Source: Candidatus Oxydemutatoraceae bacterium
GTDB taxonomy: Bacteria; Pseudomonadota; Gammaproteobacteria; Poriferisulfidales; Oxydemutatoraceae
Direction: 5' to 3'
DNA length: 64,000 nucleotides
Assembly: GCA_965220085.1 (NCBI GenBank)
Contig: CBDCOZ010000003.1
Span: 320,001 to 384,000, forward strand
Below, in pieces: positions 19,521-31,359 of the stretch (position 1 is its first letter; each line of letters begins with the position of its first letter). Below the pieces are notes generated by a model. It made no database searches and was not told the DNA's origin. It saw only the letters and a program-made list of their open reading frames with translations. The position numbers were made by a program, and so were the translations under genes.

Positions 19521-20879
19521 CTAGTAGCCTTCGCATATCATGTCTGGCAGGCACATCTCACTGACTCCTTTTAACCAACAGTCAGTGCATCGCGTTGCTT
19601 TGGTCTGTGCTTCCTCCAGTTCTCCTGCAGACAACTTCTTAGCAATAGTATCCCGGGGAGATTCTGAATAATCATGCCCGTTAGCTGCTGCAATAGAAAA
19701 CCACATATATGCCCTCTTGTAGTTTTGCGGAACACCTCGCCCTTCTGCGTACATCGCACCGAGATTGTGCTGTGCTACGGCATTATGTTCAGCGGCGCAA
19801 CGATACCACTTCACTGCCTCTTCGTAGTTTTGCGGAACACCTCGCCCCTTTGCGTACATCACACCGAGGTTGGTTTGTGCGTCGGTGAACCCCTTATCAG
19901 CAGCACGCCGATACCACTTCACCGCCTCTTTGTAGTTTTGCGGAACACCTCGCCCTTTTGCGTACATCACACCGAGGTTGGTTTGCGCTATATGTTTGAA
20001 AGCTTCAGTTCCTGGAGCTCCTACATTTTCAGTAGCAAGCCGATACCATTCCACTGCCTCTTTGTAGTTTTGCGGAACACCTTGTCCATATTCGTACATC
20101 ACACCAAGGCTGACTTGTGCTTCGGCGTTCCCCTGATCAGCAGCAAGCCGATACCATTCCACTGCCTTTTTGTAGTTTTGAGGAACACCTCGTCCTTTTG
20201 CGTACATCGTACCGAGTTTGGCTTGTGCTTCGGCGTTCCCCTGCTTAGCAACACGCTCATACAATTCCATAGCCTTTTTATAGTCTTGCGGAACACCTCG
20301 TCCGGCTTCGTACATCGTACCGAGTCTGACTTGTGCTTCGGCGATCCCCTGATTAGCAACAAGCTGATACCATTTCACTGCCTTTTTGTCGTTTCGCTGA
20401 ACACCCTGCCCTTTTGCGTACATCCGGCCGAGAATGAATTGTGCTTCGGCATCCCCCTGATTAGCAAGACTCCGTATATTATCCTTTTTCTCCTTGCTCA
20501 TTTCACTGCCCTCTGTTGTAGATGATAGGCACCGTTGGGATTGGGCTGTGGTGGCATTATCAACACCCAAGGCATGCTCGGTAATCGTCTCTGTTGTCTC
20601 TTGTCGCACTTTAAGTTTTATGCCTCTGAAGTCTACCTCTGTTACCTGGTCCAAAAAACTGTCTATCTTATCGCCATGTTTGCTATAGAAACCACCGACC
20701 AGCACTACCACTACTACTGGCCATAACACATTGCCTTTGCCGCCAATGAAGTCCCCTTTGACTCCTAGTTTCTTCTCAGCAACCCAACGAGTTGCCACAG
20801 CAAGAGAATAAAGAACTGCCGTAACAACGACAATAATAATAAGAAGAGAAATCAATTGCATTGTCTTTCCATTTGGCAA
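19521..20879 (-). CDS. Membrane-anchored Sel1-like repeat protein (2 TM + ~7 SLRs)
   Basis: Repeats AEAQxxLGxMYxxGRGVPQNYKxAVxWY; N-terminal EKKL...LWP.VV...IDxFLDQ segment shared with 7123-9798. Confidence 0.95.
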   Translation of the reverse strand: MPNGKTMQLISLLIIIVVVTAVLYSLAVATRWVAEKKLGVKGDFIGGKGNVLWPVVVVVLVGGFYSKHGDKIDSFLDQVTEVDFRGIKLKVRQETTETITEHALGVDNATTAQSQRCLSSTTEGSEMSKEKKDNIRSLANQGDAEAQFILGRMYAKGQGVQRNDKKAVKWYQLVANQGIAEAQVRLGTMYEAGRGVPQDYKKAMELYERVAKQGNAEAQAKLGTMYAKGRGVPQNYKKAVEWYRLAADQGNAEAQVSLGVMYEYGQGVPQNYKEAVEWYRLATENVGAPGTEAFKHIAQTNLGVMYAKGRGVPQNYKEAVKWYRRAADKGFTDAQTNLGVMYAKGRGVPQNYEEAVKWYRCAAEHNAVAQHNLGAMYAEGRGVPQNYKRAYMWFSIAAANGHDYSESPRDTIAKKLSAGELEEAQTKATRCTDCWLKGVSEMCLPDMICEGY

Positions 20880-20989
20880 AAATAATAATACTTATAAAAG
20901 CGGTCGTGATGTCTAACTGATGAACAGCACAACAGCATGTTCTGCGATTCTATCACGCAGAGTCCGAGCCGACACAAATAGCACAGGAG

Positions 20990-21245
20990 TGAATAATGCC
21001 GGAAAAATTCCGGATTCCGGCATCAACACGACAGGCGGTATCAAAGCATCGGTTATACGGTAGCAGAGGTTCTATAAAGCAGCTGCTTCCGCCGCAAAGG
21101 GGGCATCTGCGAGTCCTACGACCAAAACTTGAAACCCTTGCATGATGGGAGAAACACGGCATAAAAGCAGTATGGACGCTCCCCATGTCGCCCGCTCATC
21201 ACTATATGCGGCGCGGCAAAAACATCAGCGCAATGACATGCATTT
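20990..21245 (+). mobile_element. IS481 left-end relic
   Basis: tgaataatgccgg...aaacttgaaaccctt...atgggagaaacacggcataaaagcagtatggacgct; cf. 42180-42450. Confidence 0.8.
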
Positions 21246-21367
21246 GATAGCTCCTCGCAGGAGTGCATAATATGCTTCTGTGATTAAATTGCGTATAACC
21301 GAGCATACAACTCAGACACCCATATTGGAACTCCCCGACATGTTGCAACTCTCCAAACCGAAAACCC

Positions 21368-22084
21368 GTGAGCAAAATGACTGAAACCCCATCACAGGCG
21401 CTAATCCAAAAGCCGCTGTTTTATATCTGGCTGCCCGTTCTGGTCACCGCCTCACCCTACTTAGCAGAGTACATCGGCGCAGAAGCTTGGTTCTACAGCG
21501 AGAGCGGGTTGCTCGAATGGATGACGGTCGGCTTCCTCGCAGTTGCAATCGCGGTTGCGGCAGTCAGTTTGACGCCCGCCCGTCTTGCCGGGCGTTATGT
21601 ACTGACGTGGTTTGTCCTTCTGTTGCTGGGTGCGGTGTATTTTGCCGGTGAGGAGCTGAGCTGGGGGCAGCATATTTTCGGCTGGAGCACGCCCGAAGGC
21701 TGGGCCGCGATCAACGATCAGCAAGAGACCAACCTGCATAATCTGGGTTTTGTGTTCGACCAGTTGCCGCGCGCCGTGATGACTATTGCGATTTTCATCG
21801 GCGGCATTTGTTACCCGCTCTATCGTCGCTGGCGCAAGATTCCCGATGCATCACTGACCGGCTGGCGCAGCATGTGGCCGGCGCAGGTCTGCCTGCCAAC
21901 CGCCGTGTTGGCGCTGCTGACACGCCCGGCAGAGGAGATGGCGCAGGCGTTTGAAAGCCTGCCGCGGTGGATGGACATCAGCAACGGCGAACTCAAGGAG
22001 TGCCTGATAGCGCTGTTCATCCTGATTTATGTCATGGCGTTGCGGGACGCGTTGCTGCGGGGGAGGTTGCAATGTACATCGTAA
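21368..22084 (+). CDS. Integral membrane protein of unknown function
   Basis: Multiple TMs; ESGLLE, GEELSWGQH, NDQQETNLHN motifs; overlaps the hldD start. Confidence 0.8.
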   Translation: MSKMTETPSQALIQKPLFYIWLPVLVTASPYLAEYIGAEAWFYSESGLLEWMTVGFLAVAIAVAAVSLTPARLAGRYVLTWFVLLLLGAVYFAGEELSWGQHIFGWSTPEGWAAINDQQETNLHNLGFVFDQLPRAVMTIAIFIGGICYPLYRRWRKIPDASLTGWRSMWPAQVCLPTAVLALLTRPAEEMAQAFESLPRWMDISNGELKECLIALFILIYVMALRDALLRGRLQCTS

Positions 22085-23028
22085 CGGGCGCCGCCGGTTT
22101 CATCGGCAGCAATGTGGTCGCCGCGCTCAACCGGCAAGGCATCACCGACATCGTAGCGGTTGACAATGTGCCGCCCGACGGCGCGCCCAACTTGTCGTGC
22201 CTCCGGTTTGAAGATTACTTCACTGCGGAGAACTTATTGTCGCGCTTTGATGATGCGGGATTCGCGCGCAAAGTTCAAGCAGTGTTTCACGAAGGGGCGT
22301 GCTCCTCGACCGTTGAGAGCGACGAAGAATTCATGCTGGCGAACAACTACGAGTACTCCCGCTTCTTGATAGAACTCTGCGCGCGGCACCGGATTGTCTG
22401 CCAGTATGCGTCCACCGCCGGTGTGTATGGTCATAATAAGGCTTCCCGCGAAACGCCGGACAACGAGGCGCCGCTGACTATCTATGGCCATTCAAAGCTG
22501 ATGATTGATAACTATGTGCGCAGCATATCGCAAGATTGTCCGTCGCCGGTGACAGGTTTGCGCTACTTCAATGTCTATGGTCCCGGCGAAGGGCACAAAG
22601 GTTTTATGCGCAGCACGCCGCTGGTGTTTGACTGCCAGTTGCGCGATACGGGACAGATCAAAGTGTTTGGCGCCGGCGAGGGTTACGCAGACGGGCAGCA
22701 CTGTCGTGATTTCATTCACATCGATGACATCGTAGCGGTGAAGCTTTGGTTGCTGGAGCATCCCGCAACCGGCATCTACAATCTTGGCACCGGTCGCAGG
22801 CGTACTTTTCTGGAAGTGGCGCAGACGGTATTGGACTATCACGGCAACGGCACGATTGAGTTCGTTCCGTTTCCGGAAAAGCTCAAGGGCAGTTATCAGG
22901 CTTACACCGAGGCCGACCTGAGTGCGTTGCGCGCGCTCGGCTATCGCGATGAGATGCAACCGATAGAGCAGGGCATTCCCGCTTATCTGGACTGGCTGGG
23001 CGACCACGCCAGCGCTACGGCAAGCTGA
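22072..23028 (+). CDS. hldD: ADP-L-glycero-D-manno-heptose 6-epimerase
   Basis: MYIVTGAAGFIGSN, FHEGACSST, GLRYFNVYGP.E.HKG.M, YQAYTEAD. Confidence 0.95.
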   Translation: MYIVTGAAGFIGSNVVAALNRQGITDIVAVDNVPPDGAPNLSCLRFEDYFTAENLLSRFDDAGFARKVQAVFHEGACSSTVESDEEFMLANNYEYSRFLIELCARHRIVCQYASTAGVYGHNKASRETPDNEAPLTIYGHSKLMIDNYVRSISQDCPSPVTGLRYFNVYGPGEGHKGFMRSTPLVFDCQLRDTGQIKVFGAGEGYADGQHCRDFIHIDDIVAVKLWLLEHPATGIYNLGTGRRRTFLEVAQTVLDYHGNGTIEFVPFPEKLKGSYQAYTEADLSALRALGYRDEMQPIEQGIPAYLDWLGDHASATAS

Positions 23029-24068
23029 TCGAACTTGTCGATCACATCGTCAACGGCAATCAAATCCATCACGCCCTTGCGTTCTATTTTCGTACCCCAG
23101 CGTAATTCCCGCACATCTTTGCCGCACCGCTTACGCGCGGCGTCGGCGTACCTGTCAACACACCGATCTTTGCTCAAGTAGGGCGCCGCGCGTTTTGGAT
23201 TAGTCGCCGCATACAGCCCGATCACCGGCGTATCAACGCAGGTTGCGATATGCGCCGGTCCCGAATCCGGACAGATGACGACATCGCTGTGCGCAATCAG
23301 CGCCGCCAACTGGCGCAGTGTGGTTTTGCCAATCAGGTTCAACGGCTGTTCGCGCATGGCTTGCGGGATGAGTTGCGCGTGTCGCGCTTCTTCGGCGCTG
23401 TTGCCGCCGGTCAGAACGACCCGCGCGCCGTAATGTTGCGTTGCGTAATCGGCGACGGCGGCATAGCGTTGCGGCGCCCAATCGCGCAAGGAGTGACTGG
23501 AGCACGGGCTGATCACGATGTTTCGTTTGCCCCCCAGATGCTTGCGGGCGAACGCTTCGTCGTCTTGGTCGTAGCACCGGTTCCAGACCATGTTGCGCGC
23601 CATGCCCAGCGCGTCGGTGAAGCCGAGAAACGAGTCGAGCACATGTTCGTTCTTGTGCGCCGGAATGCGCAGGTTGGTTACCAGACTGTGAAAGTCGCGC
23701 GCGCGGGCGCGGTCAAAGCCGAGGCGGTTGCGGCTGCGGCAGGCGAGCAACGGGACGAGGTTGGCGCGCAACGACAGTTGCATCAACAGCAGCAGGTCAA
23801 ACCGTCTTGCGCCGAGTTGTTTTCTGATATCGCCATATGCCCGCGCCCCGCGGCTTTTGTCCATCACTAGCCATTCAATGTCGGGCACATTGCGCACTAA
23901 GGCGTGTTCGGTTTTGCCGATGACCCAACTGATTTGCGTCTGCGGCCAGTTTGATTTAATCGTGTTGATAACCGGCAGGGCGTGGGTTACATCGCCGATA
24001 GCGGAAAGGCGCACCAAGCAGAGCGTCTCGGGCGGGTGCTTGATAATCTGTTCTAGGTGACCGGACAT
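22983..24068 (-). CDS. Glycosyltransferase family 9 (heptosyltransferase-like)
   Basis: LVRLSAIGDV, GKTTLRQLAALI, DSGPAHIA. Confidence 0.9.
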   Translation of the reverse strand: MSGHLEQIIKHPPETLCLVRLSAIGDVTHALPVINTIKSNWPQTQISWVIGKTEHALVRNVPDIEWLVMDKSRGARAYGDIRKQLGARRFDLLLLMQLSLRANLVPLLACRSRNRLGFDRARARDFHSLVTNLRIPAHKNEHVLDSFLGFTDALGMARNMVWNRCYDQDDEAFARKHLGGKRNIVISPCSSHSLRDWAPQRYAAVADYATQHYGARVVLTGGNSAEEARHAQLIPQAMREQPLNLIGKTTLRQLAALIAHSDVVICPDSGPAHIATCVDTPVIGLYAATNPKRAAPYLSKDRCVDRYADAARKRCGKDVRELRWGTKIERKGVMDLIAVDDVIDKFDQLAVALAWSPSQSR

Positions 24069-24135
24069 TAAAAGTGCTGTTGTGCGGGTATCGCTTATCC
24101 CGCTTGCGCAACATAGAGAAATTATATACTGCGTA

Positions 24136-24503
24136 AGCAATACTCTCTCCTTGCGGGAGAGTCACAGAGGCCGAGCCGCAGGCGAAGGGCGATGTGGCGA
24201 GGGGGTAAGTTTTGAGCTTGCGCATTGCTACTCGCCTCCTGGTAAGCGCTCAAGCGCAACCGCCAATACAAGCAATACTCTCTCCTTGCGGGAGAGTCGC
24301 AGAGTCCGAGCCGTAGGCGAAGGACGATGCGGTGAGGGGGGGTAGCTTGCACGACGTTAGTGCGAGATAGAAGCATTCCCCCTCTCCAGCGCGCAAAGCT
24401 CGCTGACTCTCCCGCAAGGGGAGAGTAATGGTTAGTGCAAGTATGGAGCATCCCCCCTCTCCGACAATGTGCGAGCTTTCCGCTGAGCTCGCTGACTCCC
24501 TCT
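24136..24503. repeat. Cluster of REP-like palindromic elements
   Basis: tactctctccttgcgggagagtc at ~24141 and ~24276; inverted gactctcccgcaagggagagta at ~24405; partial fourth copy at 24448-24503. Confidence 0.7.
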
Positions 24504-24542
24504 GTGGTAAGCGAAGGTTAGATTGTCTGTCGGACGGGTTGC

Positions 24543-24836
24543 TCAGGCATGGGATACAGAGGTAATCTTCCGCACTTTTATTTTGCCGGCACGTTTTTTG
24601 GCCTTTGCAAAGTCATAATTGGCTTGCATACGCACCCAGATTTCCGCGCCGCCGCCAAAGGCTTTGTCTAAGCGGATGGCCATCTCCGGAGAGACTCCGG
24701 CAAGGCCGTTGATCACGCGCGATAAAGAGTTGCGGCTTACCCCGAGGTGGGCCGCGCCTTCTGTGATGCTCATCCCAACGGCGTCAAGCGCCGTTTTGAT
24801 TTGTCTCCCCGGATGGGGCGGATTTTTCATAGCCAT
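24543..24836 (-). CDS. higA: HigA/VapI-family antitoxin
   Basis: [24 protein letters not shown]...WVRMQANYD. Confidence 0.92.
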   Translation of the reverse strand: MAMKNPPHPGRQIKTALDAVGMSITEGAAHLGVSRNSLSRVINGLAGVSPEMAIRLDKAFGGGAEIWVRMQANYDFAKAKKRAGKIKVRKITSVSHA

Positions 24837-24883
24837 GGTCTGATGAAGAAGCGCTACAGCGCCGAGTTTTTTGAAGTGATTAC

Positions 24884-25162
24884 TTAGTGGTAGTCACCGT
24901 AATCAACATCCCACGCATCTCCGTCTTGTATCCGGAACCATATTCGATAATTTTCAGACACTCGGACTGCCCAGAAGTCTTTATATTTGCCGCTTAGCTT
25001 GTGCAAATAAAAACCTGACAACCTCATTTCTGATGGTTCCCTTGTTGCATCTAAACGGGAGAGAATGTCTTCAACACGCTCTCTATGCGCTGGATGTATT
25101 TTGCTCGGGTCATCTGCATTAAACAGCTTTTCTAATGGCTTGCTCTTGAAAGTCCTTATCAT
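24884..25162 (-). CDS. higB: HigB (RelE-like) toxin
   Basis: [14 protein letters not shown]...LHKLSG...[13 protein letters not shown]...VDYGDYH; upstream of the antitoxin. Confidence 0.92.
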   Translation of the reverse strand: MIRTFKSKPLEKLFNADDPSKIHPAHRERVEDILSRLDATREPSEMRLSGFYLHKLSGKYKDFWAVRVSENYRIWFRIQDGDAWDVDYGDYH

Positions 25163-25397
25163 TTATAAAAGTTGTCAGTTTGTCCATCATGTAGCCTCTA
25201 TGTTTTGAAATTAAAAGTTTAGATATTCAGAGTACGAATTTTATCTCTCATTGAATCTAATCGTATCGCGTATCGTTACACTTGTCAAATGGCTATTAGC
25301 ACAGTGCAATGCTTGAAAAAAGTGCCACTCATCAAAGATATAGGCCGGTTCGTCCGAAGCGGCGCTTGCGCAGGCGACAAAGCGCATAACATGCCGT

Positions 25398-26093
25398 ATG
25401 CCTTTTTTCAGCAAACATTGGTTTCTGACACCTTGCCCGCTGTGTCTCGCAAGGGTGCCTCATGCCGGACTTTGTTCTGCGTGCGCCGCCGAGTTGCCGC
25501 AGTTGCCGGCGCCGCACTGTCGGCGATGCGCCGAGCCGTTGGCGGCGGAGACGCAGACAGGGGAATGCGCTCGCTGCCTTTCTGACCCGCCGCCGTATGA
25601 TCGCGCGTATTGCGCGCTGGCTTATACCCCGCCGGTTAGCATGCTGATCAGCCGCTTCAAATACCACCACACATTGCGGCTGACCGAGACGCTGACTAAC
25701 CTGATGCTGGCATACCTCCGCACGCACTCGGAACCGTTGCCCGACTGTATTTTGCCGGTACCGCTGCATCCGGCGCGCATCAGGGAGCGGGGTTTTAATC
25801 AGGCGACGGAAATTGCGCGCACCTTATCGCGCCGTATCAAGGTTCCGTACGACAAGCACTGTGTTGTGCGCATCAAGAAAACGCCGCCGCAAACTTCGTT
25901 GAAGCGCAAGCAGAGGGAGCAAAACCTGAAGGGGGCTTTTGCGCTCCGCCGGCGTCCGCCGCCCGGGCGGATTGCGGTGCTGGACGATGTGATGACGACC
26001 GGCACGACTTTTGCCGAAATAGCCAAGCTCTTAAAGCGCAACGGGGTTGAGTACATTGAAGTGTGGTCGCTGGCGCGTACTATCCGGATGTAA
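25398..26093 (+). CDS. comF: ComF family competence protein (Zn ribbon + PRTase)
   Basis: CxxC pairs, PVPLH..R..ERGFNQ, VLDDVMTTGTT. Confidence 0.92.
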   Translation: MPFFSKHWFLTPCPLCLARVPHAGLCSACAAELPQLPAPHCRRCAEPLAAETQTGECARCLSDPPPYDRAYCALAYTPPVSMLISRFKYHHTLRLTETLTNLMLAYLRTHSEPLPDCILPVPLHPARIRERGFNQATEIARTLSRRIKVPYDKHCVVRIKKTPPQTSLKRKQREQNLKGAFALRRRPPPGRIAVLDDVMTTGTTFAEIAKLLKRNGVEYIEVWSLARTIRM

Positions 26094-26367
26094 TACCCAT
26101 GTCCGCCGCCAGCCCGAGAAAGACGATTAATCCGAGGCGGGCATTGTCAACAAATGCCCGCATGCAGGCGGCCTTGTCGTACTCCCGAATCATGGCCAAG
26201 CTCTTAAAGCGCAACGGGGTTGAGTATATTGAAGTGTGGTCGCTGGCGCGTACTATCCGGATGTAATACCCATGTCTGCCGCCAGCCCGAGAAAGACGAT
26301 TAATCCGAGGCGGGCATTGTCAACAAATGCCCGCATGCAGGCGGCTTTGTCGTACTTCCGGATCAAG
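26022..26367. repeat. Tandem duplication (2 x 173 bp) of the comF/ubiA convergent junction
   Basis: gccaagctcttaaagcgc at 26022 and 26195. Confidence 0.95.
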
Positions 26368-27125
26368 AGTTGCTGGCGCACAAACAAGGCGGCGGCAATC
26401 AGCAGTCCGAGATAGTAAAGCCCGCCGAGTTGATGCAAATAGCCGACAACCGCAAGCAGCCCCGCTGCGGTCGCTTGCAACACGCCGATGATGCGGCGGT
26501 CATACCGCCCGAACAAAATCGCGGAGGACTTGATGCCCGCCTTGATGTCATCGTCGCGATCGACGAGCGCGTAAATCGTGTCGTAGGCGAGCACCCACGC
26601 GATGTTGGCAAGATACAGCGCCCAGATTGATAACGGCACGACCGGTGTGCCCGCCTCGGCGGTCCACGCCATCGGAATCGCCCAGCCGAAAGTGATGCCG
26701 AGATACAGTTGCGGCAAGTGATGCAGACGCTTCATCAACGGGTAGGTGCCGGCCAAGACGAGCGCGACAAACGACATCGCAATCGTCCACAGGTTGGTCA
26801 TCAGCACGAGCGCAAAGGCGATGCCGATGAGCACGGAGAAAAATACCAGCGCCCGAGTCGGGGGCAATTCGCCGCTGGCGAGGGGGCGGTCGCGAGTCCT
26901 TTCCACCAGCCGGTCTGCGTCGCGATCCCAATAGTCGTTGATGACGCAACCGGCGGAGCGCATCACAAACACACCGGCGACAAATATCCACAATGTGTCA
27001 AGGCGGGGGAGACCGTCGGCGCTCAGCCACAACGCCCACAGCGCCGGCCACAGCAACAGAAAGTAACCGACGGGCTTGTCGGCGCGCGCCAGTTTGATAT
27101 ACGGATGTAGCGATTTGCAACTCAT
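26253..27125 (-). CDS. ubiA: 4-hydroxybenzoate polyprenyltransferase
   Basis: [47 protein letters not shown]. Confidence 0.95.
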   Translation of the reverse strand: MSCKSLHPYIKLARADKPVGYFLLLWPALWALWLSADGLPRLDTLWIFVAGVFVMRSAGCVINDYWDRDADRLVERTRDRPLASGELPPTRALVFFSVLIGIAFALVLMTNLWTIAMSFVALVLAGTYPLMKRLHHLPQLYLGITFGWAIPMAWTAEAGTPVVPLSIWALYLANIAWVLAYDTIYALVDRDDDIKAGIKSSAILFGRYDRRIIGVLQATAAGLLAVVGYLHQLGGLYYLGLLIAAALFVRQQLLIRKYDKAACMRAFVDNARLGLIVFLGLAADMGITSG

Positions 27126-27332
27126 TTGATCAATAGTCGTTGATGACGCAGCCGGCGGAGCGCATCACAAACACACCGGCGACAAATATCCACAATGTGT
27201 CAAGGCGGGGGAGACCGTCGGCGCTCAGCCACAACGCCCACAGCGCCGGCCACAGCAACAGAAAGTAACCGACAGGCTTGTCTACGCGTGCCAGCTTGAT
27301 ATACGGGTTTAGCGATTTGCAACTCATTTGAT
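26929..27332. repeat. Tandem duplication (2 x 202 bp) of the ubiA 5' end
   Basis: caatagt at 26929, 27131 and 27333; the upstream copy is the 65-aa ORF 27130-27327. Confidence 0.95.
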
Positions 27333-27407
27333 CAATAGTGTAAGCCCGGTCGGATATCTTGGTTAAAATAGATTGTACTCAGTTCAGTTATTAATAAGGC
27401 AGAGATT

Positions 27408-27932
27408 ATGAGCATCAGGTCATTTAACGGGATAGACCCCAAGATTCACTCAAGCGCTTTCGTTGATGAGAGCGCGGTTGTCACCGGCGATGTTGTCATC
27501 GGTGCGGATAGTTCGGTGTGGCCGTTGTGTTCGCTACGCGGCGACATCATGCGCATTGCGATTGGCGATCGCACCAACATTCAGGATAACTCGGCATTGC
27601 ACACGACCAGCGATACCGACTTTGTCCCCGGCGGGTTCGCACTCACGATTGGCAACGACGTAACTGTCGGTCATGGGTGTGTTATCCACGCGTGCGCCAT
27701 TGAGGATTTGTGTCTGATTGGCATGGGTTCTGTCGTGCTCGACGGCGCTGTTGTGCAGGCGGGCGCGATGGTCGGTGCCGCAAGCCTTGTGCCGCCCGGC
27801 AAAACGCTTGAAGGTGGTTTTCTCTGGATTGGCAGTCCGGTCAAAAAAGCACGTGAGCTGAGCGATAAGGAGAAATCGTTCCTGTCATTCTCCGCCGAGT
27901 CATATGTTGAGTTGAAGCAGCAACATATGTAA
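27408..27932 (+). CDS. Gamma carbonic anhydrase family protein (YrdA-like)
   Basis: Hexapeptide repeats; RGD, TNIQDNS.LH, TVGH...HAC. Confidence 0.9.
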   Translation: MSIRSFNGIDPKIHSSAFVDESAVVTGDVVIGADSSVWPLCSLRGDIMRIAIGDRTNIQDNSALHTTSDTDFVPGGFALTIGNDVTVGHGCVIHACAIEDLCLIGMGSVVLDGAVVQAGAMVGAASLVPPGKTLEGGFLWIGSPVKKARELSDKEKSFLSFSAESYVELKQQHM

Positions 27933-27947
27933 CCCGGTTGCTACTAA

Positions 27948-30690
<2,743 letters not shown>

Positions 30691-30710
30691 ATCGTTTCTG
30701 CGCGATGCGA

Positions 30711-31268
30711 CTACTCTCTTATTACCCGCCCGTCGCTTACATCGCGTATCGTCGTCGGGTGCGTTAAATCTCCGACTTTGCTTTCAACGATGTAGTGTAT
30801 CGCATCGCCAAAAATTTCTCTGACTTGTTGCGCCGTTTTTGCCGGTTCCTCGCCCGAGAGGTTGGCGCTGGTTGAAATCAATGCGCTTTCCAGCGTGTCG
30901 CACAGAGTGATGACAGGCGGGTGCGCGCTGATGCGCACGGCAATACCCGCTTGTCCGGCACGCAGCCACTGCGGACAAGTGTCTGCGACCGGAAACACCC
31001 AGGTATTCGGTCCCGGCCAGGTATTTTTGACGCGGCGCAGAAAATGTTCATTCGTGATATCGCAAAACATATCCAACTGACTTGCTTGTGATGCAATCAG
31101 GATAAAGCCTTTATCGACAGGGCGCGATTTTATTTCGGCCACACGCATGACCGCCTCTTTGTTGCACGGGTCGCAACCGATGCCGAACACCGCCTCGGTC
31201 GGATACGCTATGACGCCGCCTTGTTTGACAACATCGCGTGCTGTGTGAAAAGTGTTCTCCTGGAGCAT
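30711..31268 (-). CDS. tsaC: Threonylcarbamoyl-AMP synthase
   Basis: [30 protein letters not shown]. Confidence 0.93.
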   Translation of the reverse strand: MLQENTFHTARDVVKQGGVIAYPTEAVFGIGCDPCNKEAVMRVAEIKSRPVDKGFILIASQASQLDMFCDITNEHFLRRVKNTWPGPNTWVFPVADTCPQWLRAGQAGIAVRISAHPPVITLCDTLESALISTSANLSGEEPAKTAQQVREIFGDAIHYIVESKVGDLTHPTTIRDVSDGRVIRE

Positions 31269-31359
31269 GCTACTTATGCATCATGTATCGCGCCATTCTA
31301 TAGGATGAGGCCTTCCGGCTTGGGGAGACAAAATGACGGAAGCTATCTTGCGGCAACGA

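Noticed and set aside
19674-20525. 283-aa repetitive plus-strand ORF, and similar ORFs at 7150-9772
   Set aside because: Antisense shadows of the Sel1 repeats.
6656-21245. Integron cassette array or diversity-generating retroelement
   Set aside because: No integron integrase, convincing attC sites or reverse transcriptase seen; differences between repeats are not adenine-specific.
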